DNA of 63,294 nt, filler included, from Basidiobolus ranarum (lineage: Eukaryota), in assembly GCA_040143965.1 (NCBI GenBank). It is 21 parts of 21 records of this genome, joined end to end, with 100 filler letters (N's around TTAATTAATTAA, not from the genome) between each part and the next. Parts side by side here need not be neighbours in the genome. Positions count along the whole stretch, not along the records: positions 1 to 2,929 come from JASJQH010002856.1; positions 3,030 to 5,957 come from JASJQH010002857.1; positions 6,058 to 8,985 come from JASJQH010002858.1; positions 9,086 to 12,012 come from JASJQH010002859.1; 17 more parts are not named here. One strand, 5' to 3'. Below, one piece after another: positions 1-12,112 of this stretch. Position 1 is the stretch's first letter, and every line of letters starts with the position of its first letter. Under the pieces are notes generated by a model. It ran no database searches, had not been told where the DNA came from, and worked only from the letters and a program-made list of their open reading frames with translations. The translations under genes and the position numbers were made by a program.

Positions 1-425
1 TATGGAAGATTAACAACTGGAAACACTTATCTCTATGGTAATGGAGCCACAACTTGGAATAGTAAGAAGCAACCAACTGTAGCACTTTCCACTACAGAAG
101 CAGAGTATTTGGCTGCCTCTGCAACTACACAAGAAGCTATGTATTTAAGGAGGTTATTTCAGCTTTAGGATACATGCAAAAACATTCTATTACTGTATTA
201 GAAGATAATCAAAGTTGTATTTCATTAGCTAAAGCCTTACTTTTCATGCTAGAACAAAACATATAGATATTAGGCATCATTTTGTTAGAGAAGCAATAGA
301 GAATGATGTAATTGAACTTGTCAATTGCCCTACTGAATAAATGATAGCTGATATCTTAACAAACCTTTAGCTAAAGCACAACTTGAATTATTTAGATATA
401 AGTTAGGTTTAAGAGATTTACTAGA
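1..425 (+). mobile_element. Ty1/copia pol 3' end (RNase H), degenerate
   Basis: Translates as WNSKKQPTVALSTTEAEYLAAS...HARTKHIDIRHHFVRE...MIADILT with frameshifts; followed by purine tract AAGTGGGAAG (435-444) and an LTR. Confidence 0.9.
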
Positions 426-444
426 TAATTAGTTAAGTGGGAAG

Positions 445-794
445 TTTGAAATTAGTTGAATAGCAACTCATTATTTAGTAGTTAGTTTATTTATATTCTC
501 ATTATTCAGCCCTCAATTCTGTCATGCAAAAACATGTGTTAATTGCTCTAATTGAGATATATATTAATTGGAGCACTTTAACCAATTTTCACTATTTTCT
601 CAAAACTTCTCCAGATCACCTCAAATTTTCACCCTTGCTTAAAAGGCATGTTTGTTATTATCTAAGCATGTCCAATAGTCCTAACTCATAGTAAGTTATA
701 AATAGGATATATTCAAATCAATACAACTTAAGTGTCTAATTCACAAATCCAAATCTTGTGCAAATGCTTCCAAACCCCCTAAACACTTTTATCA
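445..794 (+). repeat. copia LTR type B (3' LTR)
   Basis: Follows the PPT, starts TTTGAAATTAG (other copies TGTTGAAATTAGG), ends CACTTTTATCA; homologous to 2715-2929, 51900-52250 (minus), 54156-54265 (minus). Confidence 0.85.
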
Positions 795-799
795 TATAC

Positions 800-2700
800 A
801 TCATTTTATATAAATTGTGGGTGTGGATTGCTGAGAGTGCCAGGATTATCTAATAGAGCTAAACTTAGCTACTGGAGCAAATGTTTCATTGTAATTAACT
901 CCTGGAGTCTGGGAATATATATATTGGAACCATTTGTGCTTTGTACCTTTCTGTGGTTCCATCTGCTTGGCTGTTGACTTTATAAGCTCATTTGCCACCT
1001 ATTGGCTTTCTTCCCAATGGTGGAGGACTTGAAACCCAGGTTTTATTGTTATAAAGTGGAGAAAGCTTATCAGACATTGCTTTGCCCAAAACTTTGATTC
1101 AGGACACTCCAGAGCTTGATCTATAGTCTGTGGCTGGTCACAGAAAGCTGCATAAGCATATACACTTCATTAGAAGTTTTTTCTCCAGGTTCTGGCTTAT
1201 TTCATCTTATCAATTATTTTTCTGGGTCCTGAAGCATCCTCTGGTGTAGTTAGGGCTTGTATTTTGGTTAAATTTGGCTCAGATAGTGCTAGAAATTTGT
1301 CAGACACTACCTGAATAGTTCTGCTTGTGTTTTCTGGATCAAAAATTCTGATTTGGGGTGATAAGGTTGCTTTTTCATCAAAATTCACATCTCTGCTCAT
1401 AATTAACTTCTGATTTTAGGTATCAAACAGTCTGTAGGCCTTAGTTTCATCACAGTACCCAAGAAATATTCATATTCTGCTTTTAGGTTCCAATTTAGAG
1501 CATATTCGGAGCTGGAATTATGCAATATGTTGTGCAACAAAAGATCCTGAGATGGTCCGCATGTTGTTTTGATCACTATAGGACTTCAAATAGTTCAGGA
1601 TTTTGTAGCACTTTTATTGGGTGTCTGTTTTTGATATAGACTGCAGTGGTGACAGATTCAGCCCTATATTGCTAAACTTACTTTGGATAATGTAACATTG
1701 AACTTGCCATCTCCATCAGCGTCCTATTAGTAAATGTTGCAACTCCATTTTGCTACGGATTATAAAGTGCAGTTTTTGTTGCTAAATTCCATGTTTAGAA
1801 CAAAAACTAGCAGAGTCTACAGAGCAGTATTGTCCCCCATTATCACTACTTGGTACCCTTATTTTTGTGCTGATTCTTTCTCTACCTTTGCTTTGTGGTG
1901 CTTGAATGCAGCCAAGACTTCAGATTACAATTTAGCAAAGAATACCAAAGTATTTCTTGTTTTGAGATCAATCAAGGTCATAAAGTACCTTTTGCCACCA
2001 TGTATATGTTTTTCACTGGCCTACATAGGTCCAAATGTACCAGGTCACAATTTTAAGTGGATTTGATCGTGCTGAAAGTTAAAAAAAGATGTCTTTGATG
2101 TGTCCATTTATACAATCATCAAACAGATCCAATTTGGTGATATTGTTAATTTTTCAGCCTGAAACAAGCTGATTTTTGAGAAATTAGGTCAGATTCTGAT
2201 CTGCAATCTGCCTGATCTTCTATGCCATGTTTGACAGCTTATTTAAGTGGTTTTAGCCAAATTTGCATGCTCAAAATGCCATTTGTTCATTCCAAGCTTT
2301 TAACAGCTTTGAGTTTTGATTGCAGTAGCTAATTTTGTATTATTTGGACTTGTGATAGTGCATCCTGCCTTGCTGAGCACAAAATTTGTCCTTGAGCTGT
2401 TGCTTGGCTTGCTGAGAGTATATTCCTGGCTATGTTTGGTACATAGAGTACATCATCCAATTTTGCAGATGGTGTAGCTGGATTTTGATCTACACTCAGC
2501 ACCATTGTACCCTTACCACCTGCATCTAGTGCATAGTCAGCACCTAAGTAGACTTGACTTGTTTGGATGGGTTTTAAACTGGAAAACTAATATTTCTAGT
2601 TTGATGTAAGCTAGGAAGCTCCTAAATCAATATACCATTTTTTTGTGTCTTCCTTGGTGGTTACTAATAGGGCAGACACAAACTGATGGTCCCTATCAGA
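800..2700 (-). mobile_element. Ty1/copia pol (protease, integrase, start of RT), degenerate
   Basis: Minus-strand motifs WYIDLGAS (~2615-2640), SRDVNFDE (ORF 1197-1400), ETFAPVAKFSSIR (~850-890); many stops. Confidence 0.85.
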
Positions 2701-2714
2701 GCTTACATGATATT

Positions 2715-2929
2715 TGTTGAAATTAGGTAAATAGCAACTCATTATTTAGTAGTTATTTTATTCATATTCTTATTATTTAGCACTCAATTCTGTTTTTCAA
2801 AAATGTGTGTTTATTGCACTAATTGATAGAAATATCAATTAGATCACTTTTACCAATTTTCACTATTTTCTCAAAACTTCTCCAAATCACCTCAAATTTT
2901 CACCCATGCTTAACAGGCATGTTTGTTAT
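2715..2929 (+). repeat. copia LTR type B, 5' part, cut by contig end
   Basis: Starts TGTTGAAATTAGGTAAATAGCAACTCATTATTTAG, aligns with 445-660. Confidence 0.85.
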
Positions 2930-3029
2930 NNNNNNNNNNNNNNNNNNNNNNNNNNNNNNNNNNNNNNNNNNNNTTAATTAATTAANNNNNNNNNNNNNNN
3001 NNNNNNNNNNNNNNNNNNNNNNNNNNNNN
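2930..3029. other. Artificial contig spacer (first of 20)
   Basis: 44 N + TTAATTAATTAA (stops in all six frames) + 44 N; same spacer starts at 5958, 8986, 12013, 15039, 18064, 21088, 24110, 27131, 30151, 33170, 36188, 39203, 42217, 45231, 48244, 51255, 54266, 57277, 60287. Confidence 0.99.
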
Positions 3030-3370
3030 TTTTTGATCATTTTGCTCAAATAATCAAATCCAATATGGCCAAATCTCTTATGCCATAATTGAATAGTTTC
3101 TTGATTGGAATAACTTATATTTACACATAAACCTCTTGGATTATATGTAAGTTTGTATAAGTTCTGATCCTTTTCTCCCAAAGCTAAATAATTCCCATTT
3201 TGATCAGTGATGGTGCATCCTGACTTATCAAAATTGAATTTTAGCCCTTCTGAGGTGGCCTTGCATACAGATATTAGATTCTTGGCAATATCTGGAACAT
3301 GTAGTACATCCTTAAAAGTATATACTTTCTCTTCAGAAGCTCCAGTTAAATTGACTTGAATTGTTTCCAT
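3030..3370 (-). mobile_element. Ty1/copia protease to GAG-pre-integrase fragment
   Basis: ORF with FKDVLHVPDIAKNLISV and QLWHKRFGHI. Confidence 0.88.
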
Positions 3371-3538
3371 TCAAGATATAGCAAGATAGTGGGGGTAATT
3401 GGACACACTAGTTACATAGATAGAGAGATATTCTAAATTAGAATATAAGGGGTATAAGATATGTTGCATTCTTATTTATGATATATGTATCATAAACAAG
3501 GTTAACTAAGACATGAAATCAAGATTAATTATCCAACA
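3371..3538 (-). repeat. copia LTR type C, partial
   Basis: Minus strand starts TGTTGGATAATTAATC; homologous to 12820-12983, which lies upstream of a copia gag. Confidence 0.7.
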
Positions 3539-3948
3539 TAGATTGACAAATGAAGACCATTCTTTCTCATCATGATTCATTTGACCTTCAATCTTCCTGA
3601 AATTCACATCAGTATTGTCCAAAAGTCTAAAACCACAGATATTAACAATGTATCATGATGTTAATGTGATTGGAGAAATGACTTCAGGATTTCATCAGAG
3701 ACCAATATTGAGGTAGCCATGATGTATTCAGGTGGAATGAACTCCATTACTGATGAGTATCATCAGGTGAGGTAGATATTGAATGAACACTAGTAGTCAC
3801 TTATGCTCAGAGAGAGCTATTGTTCAATTGGTATGAGAGATATTGAATGTTTGAATTCATCTTGGTTATTTCTTAGGTGGTTCCAAGTTTTTGGTTGTAC
3901 TTCTTTGTACTTGATATCTGAATATTGCTAACTAATACACCTGGTTAG

Positions 3949-4278
3949 TGTTAAAGTATTTTGGGAGCCTAATGGAAGTGGTTTGAAGAATTAGAGATAT
4001 TGGTGGTTTTCACTTACTGATTTATTAAGTAGAAAGCTGATATATATAGTTTTGACAAGATGTAAGCAAACTAACATGTAGAATGTGTTCAGTGAGGTCC
4101 CAGGAACATTTATGCAAAGTTTAGAGCCTCTAGCACAAGTTTGAAAAAATTCATGTATCTGAGAACTCCGAAGAAAATTCCAATATTGAATAATGAGTGA
4201 TATCTTGGTGGAAAACAGGATCACTATATACTAAACTATATGTTGCTATATAGGTGTTTCAATAATGCTAATTTCAAA
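3949..4278 (-). repeat. copia LTR type A, diverged
   Basis: Reverse complement aligns with 11616-11962 and 41852-42200. Confidence 0.8.
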
Positions 4279-6057
4279 GGTTAGAGTAGTTAGTTATAAT
4301 AAAACATGTAAAACTACTTTGCAGGGAATACGCTTGTTCTAAATCGAATCAGGACTATATATTATAGAGTAATTCATAGAGAGAGCTTACATCCTTACGA
4401 TAATAAAATATATACTTACATAGTCTGCACTATTAACTCTCACTAGAATAAGTCAAGCAAGCATGAGTGATATATTGAATACACTAAACAAAGTGATGAG
4501 GGCAGAGAACTAAGGATGGTATATTAGTCAGAAGTGGAGGCATTGTACTACTTATGTCAGAATATGTTTGTTGCTCATTTAAAGAACACATCCTCTTTGG
4601 CTAAGCATATTGAACTACTTGAGCTGCACACCAAAGAACTCATAGATTATGAATGTTTCTTGTTCATTAACTTGGTATTTCATAACTCAAAGTTGTTACT
4701 GGTATTTTTGTGGGATAGAGGCAAAGCTTTCAAAATTGGTTCAGGATTTGAACCTTTTGGTCAGTATCTTGAAAAGGATATCTCTGTTAATACTATAAGG
4801 ATCTAATCTTCCATTCCCGTAGACAATACTGATACTGCTATCTCTTCTGATATTCCGTATATTGATACATTACTGAAATATTCATATAGCTTCCTCAGCA
4901 CAAGTTAAGGTCATGTATGTTACAACGACGAAATAACATGACATAAATATATGCATCTTCACTTTAGACACATCTCAGTTACAAGTATCAATATTTGCAT
5001 GCATGTTGATTATATATTATGAATTTTGTAGAAAGGCAACTAAAATGTCAGTTCTGAAAGCGTGGACAAAGGGATAGTTTCTTCTTCTTTTACCCAAAAA
5101 TATCTCTACTAATTTCAGAAAATTATTGTACTATTTATCAGCAATAATATTTCTTAATCGAGGGGCACATTGCCCTGCGCCATTAGGTATAACTTGGCAA
5201 AATAAAGCTATTACCTTGCAATCATAGCAGAAATACTGGTAGTGATGGAATATGACTAGCATACCAAGTTAAAGCTATGGTGTGACAAAACTTTCAAGTG
5301 AAACCAGGGGTTTAAACTTTTTTTTAATAATAATAGTGGACAAGAAGCATCTTCATATTTGCTTGATTCATTAAAATATAACTGTGTTTTACATCATTGA
5401 TATGTGCAGAAATCGAGTATTCCCAATTTCTTACATAATTTTCGTTGCTTCGCATTGCATCCTATTCTAGATTTATATGTTAAAGAAATTGATGACGTAC
5501 AGAAAGCTCACTTAGATCCTGAATAGAATAACAGAACACTTTTGAAGAACATAGCGGCGAAAGTTTGTTTATATACTAGTATGTGACCTGAAACATGAAA
5601 GCAATCCTGATCAGATCATTGGACAACTTAATGACAGCGGTAAAAGATTGGTTCGGAATCCGCGGAAATTGCGGAAAATCTGGTTTTCACCATCTGAGAA
5701 TAAAGAAATGTCATCGTTGCTTCGGTATAATTCTATGGGTATCATCACTGATTAACGAGCACGGTATCTACGTCACCATATACAATAAAATCCATGGTTT
5801 CACTCTAGCAGGTTGTGTTATTGGTGCACCATATACTCTAGAATATTTAACTATTGACATATTGAATACATCGGAAGATACACTATTCTCTTGGTTACGC
5901 GAGAATCCAATCATTTCACAAGTAAACCATTGTTAGAACGGGAGCATAGAGTGATAGNNNNNNNNNNNNNNNNNNNNNNNNNNNNNNNNNNNNNNNNNNN
6001 NTTAATTAATTAANNNNNNNNNNNNNNNNNNNNNNNNNNNNNNNNNNNNNNNNNNNN

Positions 6058-8985
6058 CTGATGGTATTCATATATGTTAAAATATTGATCCTCAAATTTG
6101 GCATATGTTATTCAATATCCTGCAATTTTGGCAAAAACCTAATTTTCAACAGAAAAATTACTGGGTTTTCTGCTGTAGGAATTTGAATTAATATGTATGC
6201 CTTTATTTAGATATTTCAGGCTTTGTATTCCAGCCATAATGAGTATCAAAAAATACAAGAATCTTGTAGTGTTTAGTCTCTGCATATGCAAATATTTGAC
6301 TGATTAGACATAATTCAACAACATTAATATTCTATAGCAGCAAACTAGCAGTGGAAAAACTACTAAACATCTGAAATCTTAAATAGCACTGACACCAGGC
6401 AAATAGCAGATGCTTGTTACTATTCACAATGAGAATAAGCTCTTGGATTTTGGCAAACCTCCACAATGTATTCAGCCTATATATCTACAACTTGTATTCA
6501 GCAAATGTCCTGCCACAAGTATATGTGTTGTTGCTTGAATAGATTCCCCCCTGGTTAAAACATTAATATTGCATATCTTGATCTATCTCACCAAGAAGTC
6601 TGTCTTGCAGCTTTCCTAAAATACCTTCAGATTATCACACAAACAAATTAGTCCAAATTATAGAGCTACTTACTCTGTGTCAATGGATTGGGCTTTGTTG
6701 TTGTCATTGTGTTCAAACAATGCAAAAACCTGCAAGCACATTGAAAGGAGCCCTTTGCTCAAAGGTTAATATACTCTGGAGTCTCCTTAACCCTTTGCAA
6801 TGCTTGCATCACTGTTTTTGCTGATACATTGTTAATCAGATTAGCATATGGTAATACTGACAATTTCACATGGAGCATCATTTTACCACAGGTGTGCTCC
6901 ATTGGGAACTTCAAGAATGTATAGCCAGGGCCTATAATCTCTTAGCATTGTAAGAGATGCAGCAGGGAATGTAGTGAATACCAGCACAGATTCAGTCTGT
7001 CTTCTTCAAACCGGTAAAAATGTTTGTATCCAAATACAACATCTTTACACAGTCACTGCATCTGCATGAGATCTGCCAATGTGAGTGGATGCCATAAGAA
7101 TAGATTAACAATATTCAAAGTCCACTCTGAATGTTGCCAATACTCATCAGGCAGACATCTTTTCAAAATTCCACTTTAATATATACAAATCCAATACTTC
7201 CAGTCTTTGCATTTGAGTAAATACCTAGCTGAGTGGATATTGATGGGAGTCCTGGTAAAATCAGAGGGTATCTTGATGTTTTCAAGCATTTTCCCAATTG
7301 ATTCAAACTTTGATCCTGTCTCAAATGGTTCATTAATATTGAATTTTCCACTATTTTGCTGAGTAAGCAGTATTGGAATGTTATTGAATAGTAAGTGCAT
7401 AGTACCTAATGGGAAGCTCTGGCTCCTGCTGATTCCCTTTAGCAATATAATCTCAGGATTATGGCTATTACCACATTTGATTTTAGACTGACTAGTTGGA
7501 GAATTGATATCAGCTATCATGTTGAAGTCTGACTGGGCTCATGATGGCAAAATTATGGAGTTTAGTGTTGTATTTAGATAGCAGTAATGCATATGCCTGA
7601 TAGAGTAAACTCCATTGCTTTGACAAAATCTATAGCCAAATAGTGCAGTGTGCCCATAAAAACCTCCAAGTTTATTGATGGCAGGAGTGTCACCAAGCTA
7701 TACAATGATGTTAGCTTTAATAGAATACCCACACATCTGAAACCCATTAGATAACCATTCAAATTCCACAATCAGGGGCTTCAAGAAGGTATCTATAGGC
7801 ATTGGTGATTGAGGTCCAGAAATGATGGATTGTATCAAAATATTATGATTCTTAAACTGTTCAGAAGGAGGACGATTTAAGTTCATTGACATAATTGGCC
7901 AGCAAGCCTTTCCAAATATATATTTGTTTAGCAAGAAACCATCCAAAGCTAATGCAAATGCATGATCGTAGATGTTTTCAAAAAACCTTCACTTTCCAGA
8001 TTCTGGTAGTGATATTCATCAAGTACATTGGTAATACCATCAGATTTACAGTGAGTACTTTGGTATTGAATTAATGATCTATAGTTGGGTGATTTCATCA
8101 AAACTTTAAGATGGGGAAGCAATGGTACATAAGACAAATATGAATGATATTTTCCTGATTCAGTGATTACCAATTGTGTTCAAACAGTACATGACTTCAG
8201 GTTTTTCAGATCACTGGTGAAACCCAAACAATCATTTGGACATGAAGGTAGTTTAATTACTGAAGGATTATAAGTCATATGATTGACAAGTGTATTCTAC
8301 CTGTACCAGGTCTGTGGCAAGCAACAGTTGCTAATCAACTGTGGTAAAAGTGTAAGAAAACCAACAAACACCTGGTTGCTAAGATTAGATTGAACTCTCC
8401 ACTCCTCAATCATCAGAGCTACTTCCTTTATGGTAAGTGTCATGAGTGGATCAATGCTTGCTAAAAATAAAGAGTCTATAACCCAACCATTGCCCTCTTC
8501 TTCAACTTCTGATATACTATCATCAGTACTGGAATAGCTAAAGTCAACATCTACTAGCAAGTCCTTAAAGTTGTCTGAACTGACTGGTTTGACCAAAGTT
8601 GCATTTCTACCTACACCTTCCTGGTCATATAACTGTGGTAACTCCATAATAGCTTGACTTTAGGCAGTGTTACCAAAATTTTGAGGCAAAGTAAAGTCAG
8701 TGGATTCAATGGACAAAACTAAAGTTGACTTGGTGTACTTATTACTGTTGTTATACACCCACCTTGTGCAGCTGGTGGCTTTGAACAGTACCACGCTTGT
8801 GATTATTTTTTAAAGAAGCCTCTGGCTTTCATAGGACAAGAATTTGTGACAAGACTAGTAGGGCTTCTTTAAATGTGTGTGTTGCAGCAGGAGAAGGATA
8901 TTGTAGAAAAAAGAACACCTCCTATGTAAGGGTGGTATTTCAGGAATAGCCCATCAATAACATCAGCTGATTCTGAGATGATGTC
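6058..8985 (-). mobile_element. CACTA/CMC-type transposon: near-complete degenerate transposase and subterminal region
   Basis: Collinear broken ORFs with Transposase_21-like motifs YLSYVPLLPHLKVLM, LDGFLLNKY...CWPI...NLNRPPSEQFK...IISGP...IDTFLKPLIVEF, FPLGTMHLLFNNI, PSDFTRTP, FPMEHTCG; 6058-6500 matches the subterminal region at 9950-10390. Confidence 0.85.
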
Positions 8986-9085
8986 NNNNNNNNNNNNNNN
9001 NNNNNNNNNNNNNNNNNNNNNNNNNNNNNTTAATTAATTAANNNNNNNNNNNNNNNNNNNNNNNNNNNNNNNNNNNNNNNNNNNN

Positions 9086-10527
9086 ACTTACTCAGCTATA
9101 TAGTGGAAAATTCAATATGAATGAGCCATTTGAGATAGGATCAAAATTTGAATCAATTGGGAAAATGGTTAAAAACATCAAGATACCATCATATTTTACT
9201 AGGACTCCCATCAATATGCACTCCTCTAGGCATTTATTCAAATGCTAAACTGGAAGTATTGGATTTGTATATATTCAAGTGGAATTTTGAAAAGATTTCT
9301 ACCTGAGAAGTATTAGCAACATTGGGAGTTGTTTGTTGACATTGATAATATATCTTTACAGCATCAACTCACATTGGCAGATACAGCTATTGTGCAAAGA
9401 TTTTGTAATCTGATATGAATAACTTTCTTACTGGTTTAAAGAAGATAGATTGAATCTATGCTAGTATTCAATACATTCCCTGCTGCATCTTTCACAACGC
9501 TTAGAGATTATAGGCCCTTGCTATACACTCTGGGAGTTCCCAATGGAGCACACCTGTGGTGAAATGATGCTCTGTGTGAAGTCATCAGTATTACCATATG
9601 CTAATCTGATTAACAATGTATCAGCAAAATCAGTGATGGATATAATGCAATGGGTTAAGGAGACTCCGGAGTATATTAATCTGCCAACAACAGGCTCTTT
9701 TCAATGTGCTCATGGGTTTTCACATTGTTTGAGCACAATAACAGCAACAAAGCCCAATCCATGGACACAGAGTAAGTACCTCTATAATTGGACTAACTTG
9801 CTTTTGTGATAATCTGATGGTAATTTTAGGAAAGCTGCAAGATAGACTAATTGGTGAGATAGATCAAGATATGTAGTATTAATGTTTTAGCCAAGGGGTA
9901 ATCTATTCAAGCAATGACACTACTACTTGTGGCAGGACATTTGTTGACTGCAAGTAGGGGATATATTGGCTGAATTCTTTATGGAAATTTGCCAAAATCC
10001 AGGAGCTTATTCTCATTGTGAATGGTAACTAGAGTTAGCTATTTACCAAGTATCAGCACTATTCAAAATTTCCAATGTTTAGCAATTTTTCCACCATTAA
10101 TTTGCTGGTAAAGTATATTGATATGGTTGAGTTATAGCTAATCAGTCAAGTAGGTGCATATGTAGAGACTAGCCACACAAAATTCATGTATTTTTTGATT
10201 CTTGTGATGGCTGGAATACAAAGCTTAAAATATCTAAATAAAGGCAAGCATATTAAATCAACTCCCTACAGCAGTAAACCCAGCAATTTACCATTTAAAA
10301 AGTATGTTTTTGCAAAAATTGCAAGATATTCAATAATGCAAGCCAAATTTGAGGATCAATATTTTAACCTGTATGAATACCATCATAATACTATTAAGAA
10401 ACCACCATCACACCATCAAATTCCCTGGCAGAATGCAAGCCACCAATATTGTGATGGTTCTCTGACAGTTTTGCTACTTTGGAGGGTGGATCTGATCTGG
10501 ATCAAGTTGATTTTATTTTTGTTAGGG
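9086..10527 (+). mobile_element. CCCTA/CMC transposon: transposase C-terminus and right end
   Basis: Homologous to the reverse complement of 6058-7370 (WEFPMEHTCG); ends GATTTTATTTTTGTTAGGG, after which homology with other copies stops. Confidence 0.85.
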
Positions 10528-10559
10528 TGCAAAAGGAGCCTGTTTCAGATCATCTAGAC

Positions 10560-11050
10560 TTGTCTTTGGTTTACATACTTGATGATCTTTTCCTTTCGCA
10601 ATATATCCCTCTAGTTGGTCTATATATATATCTTCATCAATTGCTCTATTAAGAAATGCTGCCTTGCCTTAAATTTGTTCAATCAGCATACCTTGGTGGG
10701 TAGCAATAGCTAAGGTTACTCTGATTGAGATAAACCTAGCAACAGGAGAAAATGTTTCATCACAGTCAATGCAATGTTTCTGAGCAAAGACTTTTACTAC
10801 TAACCTTGCTTTGTACCGTTTGATGGATCCATCTGAGTTAAGTTTCAGTTTCAGCACCTATCTATGACCAATAGTTTTTCTTCCAGTAGATAAGTTCACA
10901 AGGATATAAGTGTTGTTCTTGATTAAGGAGTGAATTTCATCATCAGTAGTTCTTCCGCATTCTGTTGCTTCATCAGATTTTAGAGCCTGTGTCAAATTTT
11001 TTGATTCAGAAAATGCTATATGTGCAGATACATTCCACACTTTTACTGGA
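10560..11050 (-). mobile_element. Ty1/copia reverse transcriptase fragment
   Basis: [18 protein letters not shown]...[19 protein letters not shown]. Confidence 0.9.
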
Positions 11051-11399
11051 TTGAATCTGTTGACTTCATGCTCTGCTTTGAGACATCCAAAGTCCTTGGT
11101 AGAATGGTTAGATGTTTCACTTAGAGGATATTTATGATTTGCACTTGGTAGGATATCAGTGACCTGATTACCCAAACTTTATAATTGGTTGAATACTTCC
11201 TGAGATTGATTGCATACTTCCAATAATTGATTGCATCTAATAGCAGCCATATTGAGAGCAGAATACTTCTTAGGTACATGATTGGTTAGAAAATTGTTGC
11301 CTTGTTTCTGAGCCCAACATCCAGATTCCTGATTGACTGAGAAATCTCCTTTTTCTGATTACCGTTTTTTTGTTGGCAGAGATAATATGCTGATTTCCA

Positions 11400-11615
11400 G
11401 AAGCCATTTCCAAATTATCAGTATCCTCCAAGTAATTATCAGGTTTTCTGGAAGCTTTAAAATGTACTGCCCTTTCTTCATCATCAATGATCTCTTGGTT
11501 TATAACCAGCACCTTTATATCTCAGACGATGCTTCCAGACTCTAAACCATGCAGGGAATGTTGAATAGGCCACACATGACTCATCATTTGCAGTACATCT
11601 TGGTATTGCCAAATC
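11400..11615 (+). mobile_element. Ty3/gypsy pre-integrase fragment
   Basis: FIINDLLVYNQHLYISD resembles FSIINDLLFYKKHLYIPD at ~59120-59185; cut by an LTR at 11616. Confidence 0.65.
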
Positions 11616-11962
11616 TGTGGAAATTAGCATTGCCTAAACACCTATATAGTCATATATAACTTGGTACTTAGTTATCTTTTAACTCACTAACATATTATCC
11701 ATTATTCTCAATTGGAATTTACTAAGAATATTTTTACCAACTTAGAAATTCTCAAATATATAGATTTTTCAAACTTGTACTAGAAGCCCCAACCTTTGCA
11801 TACATATTGCTGGGACCTTCCTTGATATATTCTACACATTAGTTTGTTCACATCTTGACAAAACTATAAATGTCAACTTTCTACTCAATAAATCAATAAG
11901 TGAAAACCACCAATTGCTCTAATTCTCCAAACCACTTCCAACAGGCTCCAAATACTTTAACC
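11616..11962 (+). repeat. copia LTR type A (5' LTR)
   Basis: TGTGGAAATTAGCATTGCC...AAATACTTTAACC, immediately followed by a PBS; six other full or partial copies in the window. Confidence 0.88.
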
Positions 11963-11974
11963 GGTTATGAGCCC
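11963..11974 (+). promoter_or_regulatory. Primer binding site GGTTATGAGCCC (half tRNA-iMet type)
   Basis: Abuts the LTR end; matches the Ty5/Drosophila copia style PBS complementary to the initiator tRNA anticodon stem-loop. Confidence 0.85.
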
Positions 11975-12112
11975 CAAGCTTGCACTCTCTCTAATATTTA
12001 CTTCTCACATTTNNNNNNNNNNNNNNNNNNNNNNNNNNNNNNNNNNNNNNNNNNNNTTAATTAATTAANNNNNNNNNNNNNNNNNNNNNNNNNNNNNNNN
12101 NNNNNNNNNNNN

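Noticed and set aside
2974-2985. Regularly spaced palindrome TTAATTAATTAA every ~3 kb as a CRISPR-like or programmed-rearrangement signal
   Set aside because: Always centred in 88 N; it is a synthetic six-frame stop linker
4534-5936. ORFs 4534-4806 and 5595-5936, and an RCFA-like peptide near 5440 recalling hAT transposases
   Set aside because: No convincing motif series or second copy; too weak to call
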